Below, one piece after another: positions 1-11,076 of a stretch of DNA of 48,642 nt. Positions within the stretch are counted from its first letter, which is position 1, and the number at the start of each line of letters is the position of its first letter. The notes under the pieces were generated by a model. It saw nothing but the letters and a program-made list of their open reading frames with translations. It had not been told where the DNA came from and made no database searches. The translations under genes and the position numbers were made by a program. This stretch comes from Sanchytrium tribonematis (taxonomy: Eukaryota): NCBI GenBank assembly GCA_018985235.1, contig JADGIG010000016.1, positions 1-48,642 on the forward strand. Reading direction: 5' to 3'.

Positions 1-188
1 CAGCCATTGTTGATAAAGATGAAGGTAAAACGACCGCCCTCGGTACTTCCAAGCAAAACTACATTGATCCTAGAATAACAGTTGCTTGGTGCAAAACACA
101 TGATGTTCCAATCGAGAAGATGTTGAATAAAACGCTCAGAGAAAAATTTAAATGGGCCCTTACTGTAGATAAAGACTGGGAGTTTTAA
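1..188 (+). CDS. TOP1: DNA topoisomerase I, C-terminal end (partial)
   Basis: Frame from nt 3 reads [53 protein letters not shown]...WEF*, containing the type IB catalytic Tyr motif (SKxNY). Not in the ORF track. Confidence 0.97.
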   Translation, partial: AIVDKDEGKTTALGTSKQNYIDPRITVAWCKTHDVPIEKMLNKTLREKFKWALTVDKDWEF

Positions 189-201
189 GTATGTGATTTA
201 C

Positions 202-789
202 TTAAAATTTAAAATGCCCGCTATTTTTGAATTCATTATAGACATTGAATAAAATGTATAGACCTTCAATTTTCGATCTTATAGATGCATCAAATGGTAT
301 TCCTATCAAAGATAGACTCAGTTCGGTAAATTGTTGCGTATCTAAGTCGTGCTCGAGGCCGACTTTACCATGGCATAAAATATCATTTATAGAAGTGCTC
401 CAAACCTCCATTAAGTCCTCCTCTTGTGGGACACTTTGACTAAATACAACCGCAGAATTACTTAATAGGTGCTTTGAGTCCTCCACATATTGAGCCAACT
501 CTCTTTGATTTGTGGCATAGTGGCTCTCTACGAGATTCTTCTTAAGTTTATTCTTTAGCTGAAATTTCAGAACTGTTTCATTTATTGGACGAGTGGTTGG
601 TTCCTTTCGAGTAATTTTCTGTGGGGGCTCAACCTTGATGTCCATCATTTCTCCAATCGAAGGAATGTAGTCAGGTATATATGTTCTTAACTTCAGTTCC
701 GCTTGAATATTTGTAGGGACAAACTGATTGAGAAAAAAATCCAGTCTTTCCATACACGTAGGAATAGATAGTTTCAGATTATATTTCAA
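202..789 (-). CDS. IFT46: Intraflagellar transport protein 46 (divergent; start uncertain, first ATG at 753)
   Basis: LKLRTYIPDYIPSIGE resembles IFT46 LKPFIPDFIPAVGD; C-terminus KIEGLYILFNVYNEFKNSGHF resembles IxSLHxLFxLYxEFKNSQHF. Confidence 0.85.
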   Translation of the reverse strand: MKYNLKLSIPTCMERLDFFLNQFVPTNIQAELKLRTYIPDYIPSIGEMMDIKVEPPQKITRKEPTTRPINETVLKFQLKNKLKKNLVESHYATNQRELAQYVEDSKHLLSNSAVVFSQSVPQEEDLMEVWSTSINDILCHGKVGLEHDLDTQQFTELSLSLIGIPFDASIRSKIEGLYILFNVYNEFKNSGHFKF

Positions 790-933
790 TTTTAAATTAG
801 ATTATCTACGGCTGCCATAGCCGATTTCGCATTTGTCCGTTCAAAGTAATCTTGTTTGATTTCAAACTAATTTTAATTTTGCACATTGAGTTTTTAGCGC
901 CAAAAATAAACCTGAAATCATACCTGAAACCTA

Positions 934-1347
934 ATGTCGGCTTCATCTTCTATACAGTTATCTAGCTTCGGCCATATCAGAGACTTTTCGCAAAACATTT
1001 TCCAGTATATACACGATGATGATATTTTGGTTTTTATTTCTAGCGTCAGGAAGATTCAAAAGTGTAGAATAAGAGTCAAAGAAGAACTTCTCATCGAAAT
1101 CTTGGGAGACAAAAGCATATATCATGATTCTAGTAACTACGTTTACCTGGAGTGTGATATTTCCAATTCAAGAAATGGATACAAACTTTCTTTTCATTCA
1201 GTGTCAATTTATTTTCAAATCATGCTTTTTTTACATACCTCTGCCGAATGTTTTTTTGCAATCCTAAAATTACTATACACCATTGGCTATATTGGCTTAG
1301 ATGTTATGAAGGGGTTTGCAGGCTTTAAATTAGTATATGTTAAGTAA
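934..1347 (+). CDS. Hypothetical protein (137 aa)
   Basis: ATG-initiated ORF filling the gap between neighbouring genes; no family recognised. Confidence 0.6.
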   Translation: MSASSSIQLSSFGHIRDFSQNIFQYIHDDDILVFISSVRKIQKCRIRVKEELLIEILGDKSIYHDSSNYVYLECDISNSRNGYKLSFHSVSIYFQIMLFLHTSAECFFAILKLLYTIGYIGLDVMKGFAGFKLVYVK

Positions 1348-1353
1348 AATTTA

Positions 1354-1626
1354 TTATTTCAATTGCTGAATTCTTTTTGCCATGTCAAGTCTCTCTGAGT
1401 ATTGCATTACCTCCGAATATATCTCGTCATCTTTATGATCGAAAAATCGAAATTCTTTCCCGTCATTAAATTTGCAAATAATTGAGGGAGGACCTTCTAA
1501 AATTGTGACTTTGCAATCAGGGTTATCTCTTTTAAATTTCTTGCCAATTCTTCCGGCAAAAGTCAAAACATTTGGATTTTTACTCGCTTTTGAATATTTG
1601 ATTAACAATTCCGACAAATGCTTCAT
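1354..1626 (-). CDS. Mitochondrial large-subunit ribosomal protein mL53 (yeast Mrpl44-like)
   Basis: 90 aa basic protein with NPDCKV...[12 protein letters not shown] pattern typical of mL53. Confidence 0.7.
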   Translation of the reverse strand: MKHLSELLIKYSKASKNPNVLTFAGRIGKKFKRDNPDCKVTILEGPPSIICKFNDGKEFRFFDHKDDEIYSEVMQYSERLDMAKRIQQLK

Positions 1627-1658
1627 ACGGAACAGGAGGAAACAAGCTGTTGCGTCGG

Positions 1659-3693
1659 ATGTTAAAAGAAAGACTGGAAAAGTGGGAGCGATATTCCAAC
1701 CGATTTAGAGACTCAGTTTCTGAAAGAAAGGCAGATAGTATCAAGGTCACCTTACCTGACGGCAAGATCTTGGACGGCTTGTCTTGGAAGACAACTCCTT
1801 ATGAAATCGCCAAAGGAATCTCCAATAGTTTGGCTAATAAGGTGGTTGTGGCGAAATTAGACAAGAGTGAATTATGGGATCTTCATAGACCATTGGAAAG
1901 AAATTGCGCTTTGGAATTACTTGATTTTAGTACTTCTGAAGGAAAGCAAGTCTTTTGGCATAGCTCTGCGCATGTATTAGGTGAAAGTATGGAGCAAAAA
2001 ATGAAAGCACTTCTTGGGTTTGGGCCACCTCTAGAGGATGGGGGCTTTTTTTATGAAGCAACCTTATTTAACCAAGAAACAACTCAATATGATCGTGTAA
2101 TTTCTCCACAGGATTTTAAAGAACTAGAAGCTCAAATGTCAGAAATTTGCAAGGAAAAGCAACCTTTTGAGCGCTTGGTTCTTACTAAAGCGGAGCTCTT
2201 GGACCTTTTCTACTACAACAAGTACAAGGTTGAATTGATAGAGTCGAAAATACCAGAGGAAGGAAGTACCGTATATAGATGTGGTGATTTGATCGATTTA
2301 TGCAAAGGGCCGCATATACCAGACACTGGGTATATTAAAGCACTAATGTTGACCAAAAATTCAGCTGCATACTGGCTTGGTAAGAAAGAAAATGATACTC
2401 TTCAAAGAATTTATGGTATATCTTTTCCCAGTGCTAAGGAGCTGAAATTGCATAAAAAATTTCTGGAAGAAGCTGCCAAGAGGGATCATCGTAAATTGGG
2501 TAAAGAAATGGAGCTTGTCATGTTCAATGAGTATTCACCGGGTTCTGCATTTTTCTTACCGCATGGAACGCGAGTTTACAACAAACTGGTTGACTTTATT
2601 AAGCTGCAATATCGTGAACGAGGATTTGAAGAGGTCGTTACTCCAAATGTTTACAACACAAAACTTTGGGAAACATCTGGTCACTGGCAGAATTACCAAG
2701 AAAATATGTTCTCTTTTGATGTAGAGAAGGAAAAATTTGCTCTGAAGCCAATGAATTGTCCAGGTCATTGTTTAATGTTCAAATATAGAGATCGAAGCTA
2801 CAGAGAGTTGCCGCTTCGACTTGCAGACTTCGGCGTATTGCACCGAAACGAATATAGTGGTGCCTTATCGGGCTTGACTAGAGTCAGAAGATTTCAACAA
2901 GATGATGCGCATATTTTTTGCACAGTTGCACAGATTAAGCAAGAAATGATAGGCTGCTTAGAGTTTTTGCAAAAGGTGTATGGTATATTTGGTTTCACTT
3001 TCGAGTTAAAACTTTCGACCAGGCCCGAAAAGTATCTTGGAGAGATTGAAACTTGGAATGAGGCGGAAAATCTATTGAAGACAGCTTTAGATGAGTTTGG
3101 AAAAACATGGACATTGAATGAAGGGGATGGTGCATTTTACGGGCCTAAAATTGATATTACAGTCCGAGACGCCCTCCAAAGAGCTCACCAATGCGCAACA
3201 ATACAATTAGACTTTCAACTGCCTCAAAGGTTTGGTTTGGAATACCGTAGCGAGAATGGAATGGATCGTCCGGTGATGATTCATCGAGCCATACTTGGTA
3301 GCGTTGAGAGAATGTTTGCAATTTTATTAGAGCACTTTGGTGGCAAATGGTAGATTTAATTAATTCAGGCCTCTTTGGTTGTCTCCACGGCAAATTTTAT
3401 TTATTCCGGTTGCTAAAAAGTACAACGAATATGCAGAAGAGCTAAGTAAGCGACTCATTAAAGCCGGGTATTTTTCTGAAGTTGATAGCTCCGACTTGAC
3501 ATTGAATAAGAAAATAAGAAATGGACAGCTATTACAGTATAATTTTATCTTAGTTGTAGGTGAGGAGGAAGTTGAAAAGCAAGCGGTAAACGTTAGATCT
3601 CGCGATGATGAGTCGAAAAAGTCTAGAGGAGAAACGGTCTCTTTCGATAACTTCGTAGAGTCTTTGACCCATGCAATGAAAAACTATGAATAA
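1659..3693 (+). CDS. THS1: Threonyl-tRNA synthetase, cytosolic type; exons 1659-3349 and 3369-3693
   Basis: TGS domain, [31 protein letters not shown] and [11 protein letters not shown] motifs; splicing restores [12 protein letters not shown] and joins the anticodon-binding domain. Confidence 0.97.
3350..3368 (+). other. 19-nt spliceosomal intron (ThrRS)
   Basis: GTAGATTTAATTAATTCAG; contains an in-frame TAG; removal restores [11 protein letters not shown]. Confidence 0.93.
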
Positions 3694-3759
3694 AAAAGTA
3701 ATTTTAAAATTTAATTGATTGGTGCGACTTTTATTTGAATCAAGCGGGGACATTTTGGA

Positions 3760-4554
3760 ATGCAATTGTTACTACATGGTCTTCAGCTTCCGATTTCTCC
3801 AGTCCATAAGAATCATCCTGGCTATTACAAATCTTACATATTTACTGGAGATCCATGCACAACAACAGTACCAATCCAACCAAGTGTTTTGGTATTTGAT
3901 ACTTTCAATTGCACCGAATCAAATCTATTTGAACATATTTCCAGCTTAAATATTGTCGGCACAATCAGTAATATAACAGAGGTACCAGAACATTTAAATT
4001 TTTACTTTATGAGCTCTGATGATATACAGCAAGTTTTGGAGGTTGTAAATCAATATTCTGAAATGTCTAGATATCCTATTATCGCAATAACTGAGCCAAA
4101 CCATCTGTGGCAATTGATACTAATTATCCTGCTCATATTGCTGGGTATAAGCTGTATTTTAAGTGGGATTCTACACTGGTATCTCTATACTCCTGAAGAG
4201 CCGCAAGTCAGAATGCTTACAGATTTTCAATTTAACAGCTTTCACAGGATTGACAAAACTACTTATGCCCTCAGCCATGACGATAAAAGCGTGGAAGAAA
4301 ATTTATGCCCAATTTGTTTAGATTATTTAAATATTGAAATTATGACTCAGTTGCCTTGCTACCACTACTATCACTCAGAGTGTATTCAATATTGGTTGAC
4401 AAAGAAATCTTCTTTATGTCCTGTTTGTAAACATGACTGCTTGGACGATGTGAGCGAAGATAAAGGTTTTTTTAGACGCATTTATGAAAAGTGGATGGCA
4501 TGGAGGTTACCCACCGAAGATGAGGATGAAATTGAGCCTTTGCTAAATGCTTAA
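3760..4554 (+). CDS. Transmembrane RING-H2 E3 ubiquitin ligase (RNF13/RMR-like)
   Basis: Hydrophobic TM (LWQLILIILLILLGISCILSGIL) followed by CPICLD...LPCYHYYHSECIQYWL...CPVCK. Confidence 0.85.
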   Translation: MQLLLHGLQLPISPVHKNHPGYYKSYIFTGDPCTTTVPIQPSVLVFDTFNCTESNLFEHISSLNIVGTISNITEVPEHLNFYFMSSDDIQQVLEVVNQYSEMSRYPIIAITEPNHLWQLILIILLILLGISCILSGILHWYLYTPEEPQVRMLTDFQFNSFHRIDKTTYALSHDDKSVEENLCPICLDYLNIEIMTQLPCYHYYHSECIQYWLTKKSSLCPVCKHDCLDDVSEDKGFFRRIYEKWMAWRLPTEDEDEIEPLLNA

Positions 4555-4971
4555 AATACTACAATAAAATTATTTACTCAACATTTTTACAATTCTGACA
4601 TACTTTTTGACCTATGAAGCATACATTTTGGGGTAACCTCGTCGTGGACCGGATTAGGTGCTCTCGTTATAGGACTTCCGACTACTGTGTGATCGACAGA
4701 GTTCAGTCTATTAATTAGTATGGGTTTCGGGGAAATTACTTTTTCGGAAGAAAGCATTACTTCAATTTGCAACAAGGGGCAAGTAGAAGACATCCTAAAA
4801 CGCTCAAAATCGCCATGATATCAATCCTACTGACATCCCAGAACATCGTACTAAAATTCAAAGATTGAAAAAAATTGCATATCTTTCGCTAATCCAATTG
4901 ATAAATTGAGGTTTCCTAGATGTACTATACTTTCTGCTTCATATATCACTTATTTATTCAAATATTGAAGT

Positions 4972-5922
4972 CTAATTGCAGTCTGAAGTTTGAATTTTAA
5001 TATGGCTGGGAATTTTTTTTGTAAGCTTCAATTCTACGTCAAGAACACTCAAGTACGTCAGCGTCGTATGACACTTGGTTAGAAAATTAATAATTTTTTG
5101 ATCTAATCTCGTACCATCTGCGCTTAAGCTTTCGATCCCGGAGTTCGAAAGAAAATAATATAAATCGTGGCTATAAATCTCGCAATCATTAGCATTTAAT
5201 TCTCTTATAGGAATTTTGTAATAGACTATACAATTAAATAAAAGACTGCTGATGCTCATCCCTTCTACTTCAAGTGTTTTGAGATTGTCACATTTTGGTA
5301 AGACTTTTAATAAATGAGTTTCTGTTATTGGGGTGTAAGAAACGTTAAGGTATCTACAGTCGGAGATATCCGGTAAATTATCAATATTAGTACCCTCTAT
5401 ACTAAGCTCCCTCAAACCTGGTAAATGTAACTCGGATATCGGAGTATAGTCTATATACAAATGTTTTAAGTTTTTGGTTTGTGGTAAATTTGTAATTCCC
5501 GTACTGGAAATGTCAAGGTGATAAACTCGCTCACAATTTCCGATATATGCATCTTCCGAAAATGAAAGATTTAAATATTTAAGCTTTGGTAAATTTATCT
5601 GAACCTTTGAGCAAGAAATCAAACTCAGCTTTCGAAGTCTTAATAGTTTTGCCAAATCCAAAGTCACTCTGCAATTAGAAATCCATAGTTCCTCCAATAC
5701 TTGATCAAGTTGAATATGTTTATAGTGGTACGCGTCAATGGACAACTTGTAAATCCTAAATTCGTTTCGTGGAGCTAGGGATTTTTTTTGGTCCTGAACT
5801 TTCCATTTTATATTCCTAAGTATTGAATTATAGTTCTTGCTAACAAGACGAAAAGAAAGAACATCTGAGACATCCAAATACTGAAATATTTCATAAAAGA
5901 GATCAACTGATAAGTGATTCAT
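4972..5922 (-). CDS. F-box / leucine-rich-repeat protein
   Basis: N-terminal F-box (LSVDLFYEIFQYLDVSDVLSFRLVSK) and repeated LxxLxIxxTxI LRR units. Confidence 0.85.
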   Translation of the reverse strand: MNHLSVDLFYEIFQYLDVSDVLSFRLVSKNYNSILRNIKWKVQDQKKSLAPRNEFRIYKLSIDAYHYKHIQLDQVLEELWISNCRVTLDLAKLLRLRKLSLISCSKVQINLPKLKYLNLSFSEDAYIGNCERVYHLDISSTGITNLPQTKNLKHLYIDYTPISELHLPGLRELSIEGTNIDNLPDISDCRYLNVSYTPITETHLLKVLPKCDNLKTLEVEGMSISSLLFNCIVYYKIPIRELNANDCEIYSHDLYYFLSNSGIESLSADGTRLDQKIINFLTKCHTTLTYLSVLDVELKLTKKIPSHIKIQTSDCN

Positions 5923-6068
5923 GTTTTAGAAATCTTGGCACTTCAGACGTTCTCGAGTTGAAAAATTGAAATACATGATCAAAAAAATGTTGACCTCTTT
6001 ACTAAGGCAAAATTCATACCTTGATTGGCAGGGAATTTCATATATTCAAAAAATTACCCAGTTTACTT

Positions 6069-8468
6069 ATGTCTGCATCACAACTTAATGGTGACGATCT
6101 GGCGAAAATTTTTGGCAATGGAAACAATACTGTCCAGGATATTTTTGAGGTAAGAAATGTCACTATCGCAACTAATGTTTGCAGATATATATTCACCAAG
6201 GAGTGGAGTTGCGATAAGGGAAATTATTGTGGCCAGGCTCAATCAAGTTTCAATTGCACTGGAGGTTTTTGGTGTCCATCTAATTCTTTGGAACCTATTG
6301 CATGTTGTCCTGGATTTTATTGCAATTCTCCTAGCGAAATAGCCCTATGTCCTGAAAATTATTATTGTCCCATTGGTAGTTCCGCTCCAATAAAATGCTA
6401 CACTTTTGATTCGTGTCCAGCCGGATCACAAAAACCTCAACGATACACAATATATTTGGGCATAGCGATTATGATTGTTGTACTGAGCCTTCTTTTTTAT
6501 TTATTAAAGAAAAGGCACATGTTTTCAATATTCGAGAAGAGAAGGGATCTTTTAATATTGGAGCAAATGAAATTGAGGCTTAAACAAGATGCCGTAGATA
6601 GTCTTGACGTTACATTTGAAAATCTTTCACTGAAGATTGATGGTAAAAATATAATCAAAAGAATGTCGGGAAAATTGCGGCATGGAAAGCTTTGTGCCAT
6701 CCTTGGGCTATCTGGTAGCGGTAAAAGCTCCTTTTTTTCTCTCCTTTTGAAAAAGTTCAAAGCTAATAACAGTAGATTTACTATACTTGGCGAGGTTACT
6801 ATTAATGGTTTGGATATTAATAATTTCAGGAACAAGATATCCTATGTTCCTCAAGAAGACATAATGCTTGAAGAACTAACAGTAGATAACGTTCTTCGCC
6901 ATTCGGCATTTATGAGGCTCAAGAACCCCAGAGAAGACAAGGAAATTAAGGTGCTTGAAACAATTAAATTACTGGGGTTAAGTCAGGTGATGAACAACAA
7001 AACCAATGAGCTAAGCGGAGGACAAAAGAAAAGATGTAATCTTGGTCTAGAATTGTGCTCAGATCCTAATATTTTGCTGCTGGATGAACCTACCTCTGGT
7101 TTAGATAGTAGTACCTCGAATGACGTGTGCATGATCATGAAAAAGTTGGCTAAAGAACGCAACATGACTGTTGCCAGTATTATACATTGTCCAAGTGTTA
7201 AGTCATGGAAGGAATTCGACGATGTAATTGTTTTATCAAAAGGTCATTTGGTTTTTCAGGGACCAGCCGATTTAATCGTAGAATATTTTTCAAAAATGGG
7301 TTATACTCACAATGGTGAACACCCTCCAGAGTATGTCTTGGACATATTAAGTGGCAATATAGGTAATAAAAAATACCCTTGGATGCGAGATATACACTTA
7401 CCGGAACTATGGACACTATTCAACTCAAGAGAAATTGCAGAAGCAAAAATTTTGGCTCTGAAAGCTTTAAGCAAAGAAGATCAAATGACACAAAAACTAT
7501 CTTCTATTCCAAAGTTTTTCTCAAGGGTCTCGGGACATATATATCTTTTATATGAAACATTCATTGAATTATTTACAGTCATTAATTCGGTGAAAACGTC
7601 AGAAGTTAACGCGACGTCTCAATTTATTTTATTGACCAAAAGATCAATGAAGCAATTACAAAGAAATCCAAAAAAATTTACTCTTGATTCAATAGTATTT
7701 GTAATTTCAGGATTTATTAGCTCTGCTGCTACTTCCTCATTTTCAAATTACATTGGCAGATACCCTCCGAATGTTTGCCTTAGAGCTCCAGTTAATCTTA
7801 AGCCAATGTGCAATAAGCCAATTGATTTTTTGCCAAATGCTTTAGCCTTAATGTCTTTAGCTGTGTTTTTCTCTGGAATAATGGCAGCAATTCCTACATT
7901 TGGCGATGAATTAAAGGTTTACATTCGAGAATGTCATTCAGGTACCAGTCCAAAGGCATACTACCTTTCAAAATTGTTGGTTGACTTTTTCAGAATGCTG
8001 TTCGCCTCCATTTTATTTACGTCTACATTTATTCTGTATTGGGATGGAAGCAATTCATTTAAAACCATTGGCGTTGTGGTATTTCTATTGTATTTTGTTG
8101 GATTTGCCATGGGTTATTTCATATCGGTCTTACTGCCTAGAGAATCTGCAGGCATTTATGGTGCCGGGTTTGCCCTTATATTTGGATATTTATTTTCAGG
8201 AGTACAACCATCTTTATCAGAAATAGGCCAAAATCCATTTTATCAGCCTTTTCAAATTTTTTGGAGTACCAGTGCTTCTAGATATGCCATCGAGGCGATC
8301 TACATTTCTAATGTGAGTGGCCTACCTTGGGAAGAGTTAAAAGCTGATCTTCTCCCAAACGGTTATGCTAAAAGTCATTTTAACATCAATATAGTTCTAG
8401 TTTTTTCAATTGGTGTCATGTGGCATCTCATGACTCTTTTTCTGTTAATACGATTGAAAAATAAATAA
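6069..8468 (+). CDS. ABCG (White-family) half transporter with N-terminal Cys-rich extracellular region
   Basis: CPxxxYCP repeats, TM, Walker A GLSGSGKS, LSGGQKKR signature, LLLDEPTSGLD, C-terminal TMD; first in-frame ATG at 6069. Confidence 0.92.
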   Translation: MSASQLNGDDLAKIFGNGNNTVQDIFEVRNVTIATNVCRYIFTKEWSCDKGNYCGQAQSSFNCTGGFWCPSNSLEPIACCPGFYCNSPSEIALCPENYYCPIGSSAPIKCYTFDSCPAGSQKPQRYTIYLGIAIMIVVLSLLFYLLKKRHMFSIFEKRRDLLILEQMKLRLKQDAVDSLDVTFENLSLKIDGKNIIKRMSGKLRHGKLCAILGLSGSGKSSFFSLLLKKFKANNSRFTILGEVTINGLDINNFRNKISYVPQEDIMLEELTVDNVLRHSAFMRLKNPREDKEIKVLETIKLLGLSQVMNNKTNELSGGQKKRCNLGLELCSDPNILLLDEPTSGLDSSTSNDVCMIMKKLAKERNMTVASIIHCPSVKSWKEFDDVIVLSKGHLVFQGPADLIVEYFSKMGYTHNGEHPPEYVLDILSGNIGNKKYPWMRDIHLPELWTLFNSREIAEAKILALKALSKEDQMTQKLSSIPKFFSRVSGHIYLLYETFIELFTVINSVKTSEVNATSQFILLTKRSMKQLQRNPKKFTLDSIVFVISGFISSAATSSFSNYIGRYPPNVCLRAPVNLKPMCNKPIDFLPNALALMSLAVFFSGIMAAIPTFGDELKVYIRECHSGTSPKAYYLSKLLVDFFRMLFASILFTSTFILYWDGSNSFKTIGVVVFLLYFVGFAMGYFISVLLPRESAGIYGAGFALIFGYLFSGVQPSLSEIGQNPFYQPFQIFWSTSASRYAIEAIYISNVSGLPWEELKADLLPNGYAKSHFNINIVLVFSIGVMWHLMTLFLLIRLKNK

Positions 8469-8496
8469 ATTTTCAAGACACAGGGAGACCTTTTAT

Positions 8497-9986
8497 ATGG
8501 ACTCGGACGAAGATTTTTACTTTTCGGATCCAGATAGTCAATTTGCAAATGACGAAGGATTTGCAAATTCACCTCCAATGGATCAAGAAAAGGAGCATAA
8601 AACTTTAGATACTTACTTACCATATTCCTCTATAAGCTATCAAATTTGCAAATCAATTCAGCCACTATTACAACAATCCACTTCGACAGTCTCCCAGGTA
8701 TTAAATATATCAGAGGATTATGCAGCGATGCTCCTCCTCCAAAAAAAATTTAAAACGGAAGATTTAATTCAAGAAGCAGTTGGGGGTGAAATGCTTAAAG
8801 CATTAACAATCACAAATAAAAGGTCCTCAAGAAACAACTCCAAAATATGCAACATCTGTTATATAAATGATGTCGTTATAACTTTGTCATGTTCACACTA
8901 TGCTTGTGTAGATTGCATCAAGCATTTCATTAAATCTGGTTTGAATGAAAATACAATAGAGAAATTGACTTGCCTGGAAATGAATTGTGATTACTTCATG
9001 ACTCGCTCATTTATCAAAGAAGTAGACGAATTACTAATTCCCAAGTACGACCAACAATATTCGAACAAATTTATTGACGCATCATTGCAATTAAAATACT
9101 GTGTTAAATGTAATGCAATAATACAAATTAATACATCCCTTAATCTATACACCCAGTCCTCGATTATTCCAATTGTGACATGTGACAATTGTTCCACTCA
9201 ATTTTGTTTTAGCTGTTCGAAAGGCAATCATTTACCCATACCTTGTAGCCAATTAAAAAGGTGGCAAAAGAAGTGCATGGATGATAGTGAGACGGCTAAC
9301 TGGATTCATGCCAACACCAAAGAATGTTCCAAATGTAATAGTACGATCGAAAAGAATGGTGGCTGTAATCACATGGTTTGCAAACGATGCACTTATGAGT
9401 TTTGCTGGGTTTGTATGGGTCCTTGGTCGGAACACGGAACGCAGTGGTACAACTGTTCGAGATTTGAGGAAAATTCGTCTTTAGAGGCTAGAGACAATCA
9501 AGCAAAGTCAAGAGCTGCATTGGAACGCTATCTATTTTACTTTAATAGATACGCGAATCATGAACAATCGTTGAAATTAGACAAGGAACTTTATTTAAAG
9601 ACCGAACTCAAAATGGAAGAGATGCAAAAGCAATCAAATTTATCTTGGATTGATGTCCAATACATGAAGACAGCTGTGGATATACTCGGGAAATCAAGAA
9701 CCATTTTAAAGTACAATTATTTTAATTTAGATTTACATATGCGATGGCCTATTATCTCGCCAAATCGAATCAAACATATATATTTGAGGACAATCAAAGA
9801 GACCTAGAGATTGCTACGGAAAATTTGTCGGGTCTACTGGAGCAGCCAATTACGCAAGAAAAATGTCATGAATTGAGGCAGCAAGTGTTAGACAAAGCAA
9901 GTTATGTGAACGCCCGAGTAGATATTCTTCTAAAAGATACAGTTCAGGGGCTTTCCGAAAGTAGATGGGAGTTTAGGGTAGATTAA
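8497..9986 (+). CDS. Ariadne-family RBR E3 ubiquitin ligase; exons 8497-9710 and 9731-9986
   Basis: RING1-IBR-RING2 (NTKECSKCNSTIEKNGGCNHMVC) plus Ariadne domain; splicing gives LKFTYAMAYYL. Confidence 0.95.
9711..9730 (+). other. 20-nt spliceosomal intron (Ariadne)
   Basis: GTACAATTATTTTAATTTAG; removal corrects the frameshift between ORFs 8497-9807 and 9744-9986. Confidence 0.92.
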
Positions 9987-9991
9987 TAAAT

Positions 9992-11042
9992 TTACTGCAG
10001 TCGATTTATTATTGCGCTTGTAAACTCTGTTGTAGTGGACTTACCGCCTAAATCACCAGTTAGTATTTTCTTATCAGCAATAGTATTCATAACAGCTTGC
10101 TCGACATTGTCGGCATAACTATCTAATTTCATGTGTCTCAACATCATAACTGCAGACAGCAATAAGGCTGTTGGATTCGCTTTGTTTTTAGACGCAATAT
10201 CCGGAGCTGTGCCTAAATAAACGTAGTATACCATGCACACTTTCAAAAATTGAAGCAGAGGTGCCAATATTTCCAGAAGGAGTCAGACCTAGACCTCCAA
10301 TTAATCCGGCGCATAAGTCAGATACAATATCACCATAAAGATTCGGCATTACCATAACTCGATCGGAAAAGTATTCAGGATTTGAGACAATTTGAAGTGC
10401 AGCTCTATCAATTAGCATACTTTCTAGTTGAATAGAAGGATATTTTTTGGAGATTTCCTCGCAAGATTCTAAAAACAAACCATCGCACAATTTCATAATA
10501 TTGGCTTTATGTACTACACAAACTTTGGGGCGTCCCATTTTCTTTGCGTACTCAAAGGCGTAAATTGCAACATTTTCGCTTGCTTGTCTTGTAATTAGTT
10601 TGATACTTTGAACCACACCTGGCACCACCTCATGTTCAATACCAGAGTATTCTCCTTCTGTATTTTCTCGAATCAAAACAGAATTGACATTTTTAAACTT
10701 TGTGGGATAGCCAGGAATAGAAACACACGGACGTACATTGGCGTAAAGGTCAAATGTTTTTCTAAGCAGTAAATTTAAACTCATATGTCCTTTTCCAACT
10801 GGAGTCTCTAATGGTCCTTTTAATGCAACCTTATTTTCATTGATTGATTTAACAGCTACTGGTGGAATTTCAGGTTTTCCAGTACTGGCATTAAATTGAG
10901 GTTCAATCTTCACTCTTTCCCATTCAATGGGAATTTGAGCAGCCTTAAAAATTTCAACTACGCTTGTGGATATTTCCGGACCAATACCATGTCCAGGAAT
11001 CAAGGTAACTTTGTGCATTCTACGTGAGATTTGCTTCAACAT
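9992..11042 (-). CDS. IDH2: NAD-dependent isocitrate dehydrogenase, catalytic subunit; exons 11042-10232 and 10212-9992
   Basis: [16 protein letters not shown] with the catalytic Asp pair; splicing restores FESVHGTAPDIA. Confidence 0.93.
10213..10231 (-). other. 19-nt spliceosomal intron (IDH)
   Basis: GTATACTACGTTTATTTAG on the minus strand; restores VHG-TAPD. Confidence 0.93.
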
Positions 11043-11076
11043 GTTTCTGCAATGCCCCGCTAAACAAGCTCATTTA

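Noticed and set aside
790..818. Non-canonical GT-AA micro-intron linking ATG 818 to IFT46
   Set aside because: GTAGATAATCTAATTTAA resembles the introns but has no AG, and the length fitting the branch spacing gives an immediate stop; IFT46 start left unresolved.
5990..6010. U5 snRNA loop-I-like word (CCTCTTTACTAAGG)
   Set aside because: Does not match the invariant GCCTTTTAC, and no convincing stem or Sm site is present.
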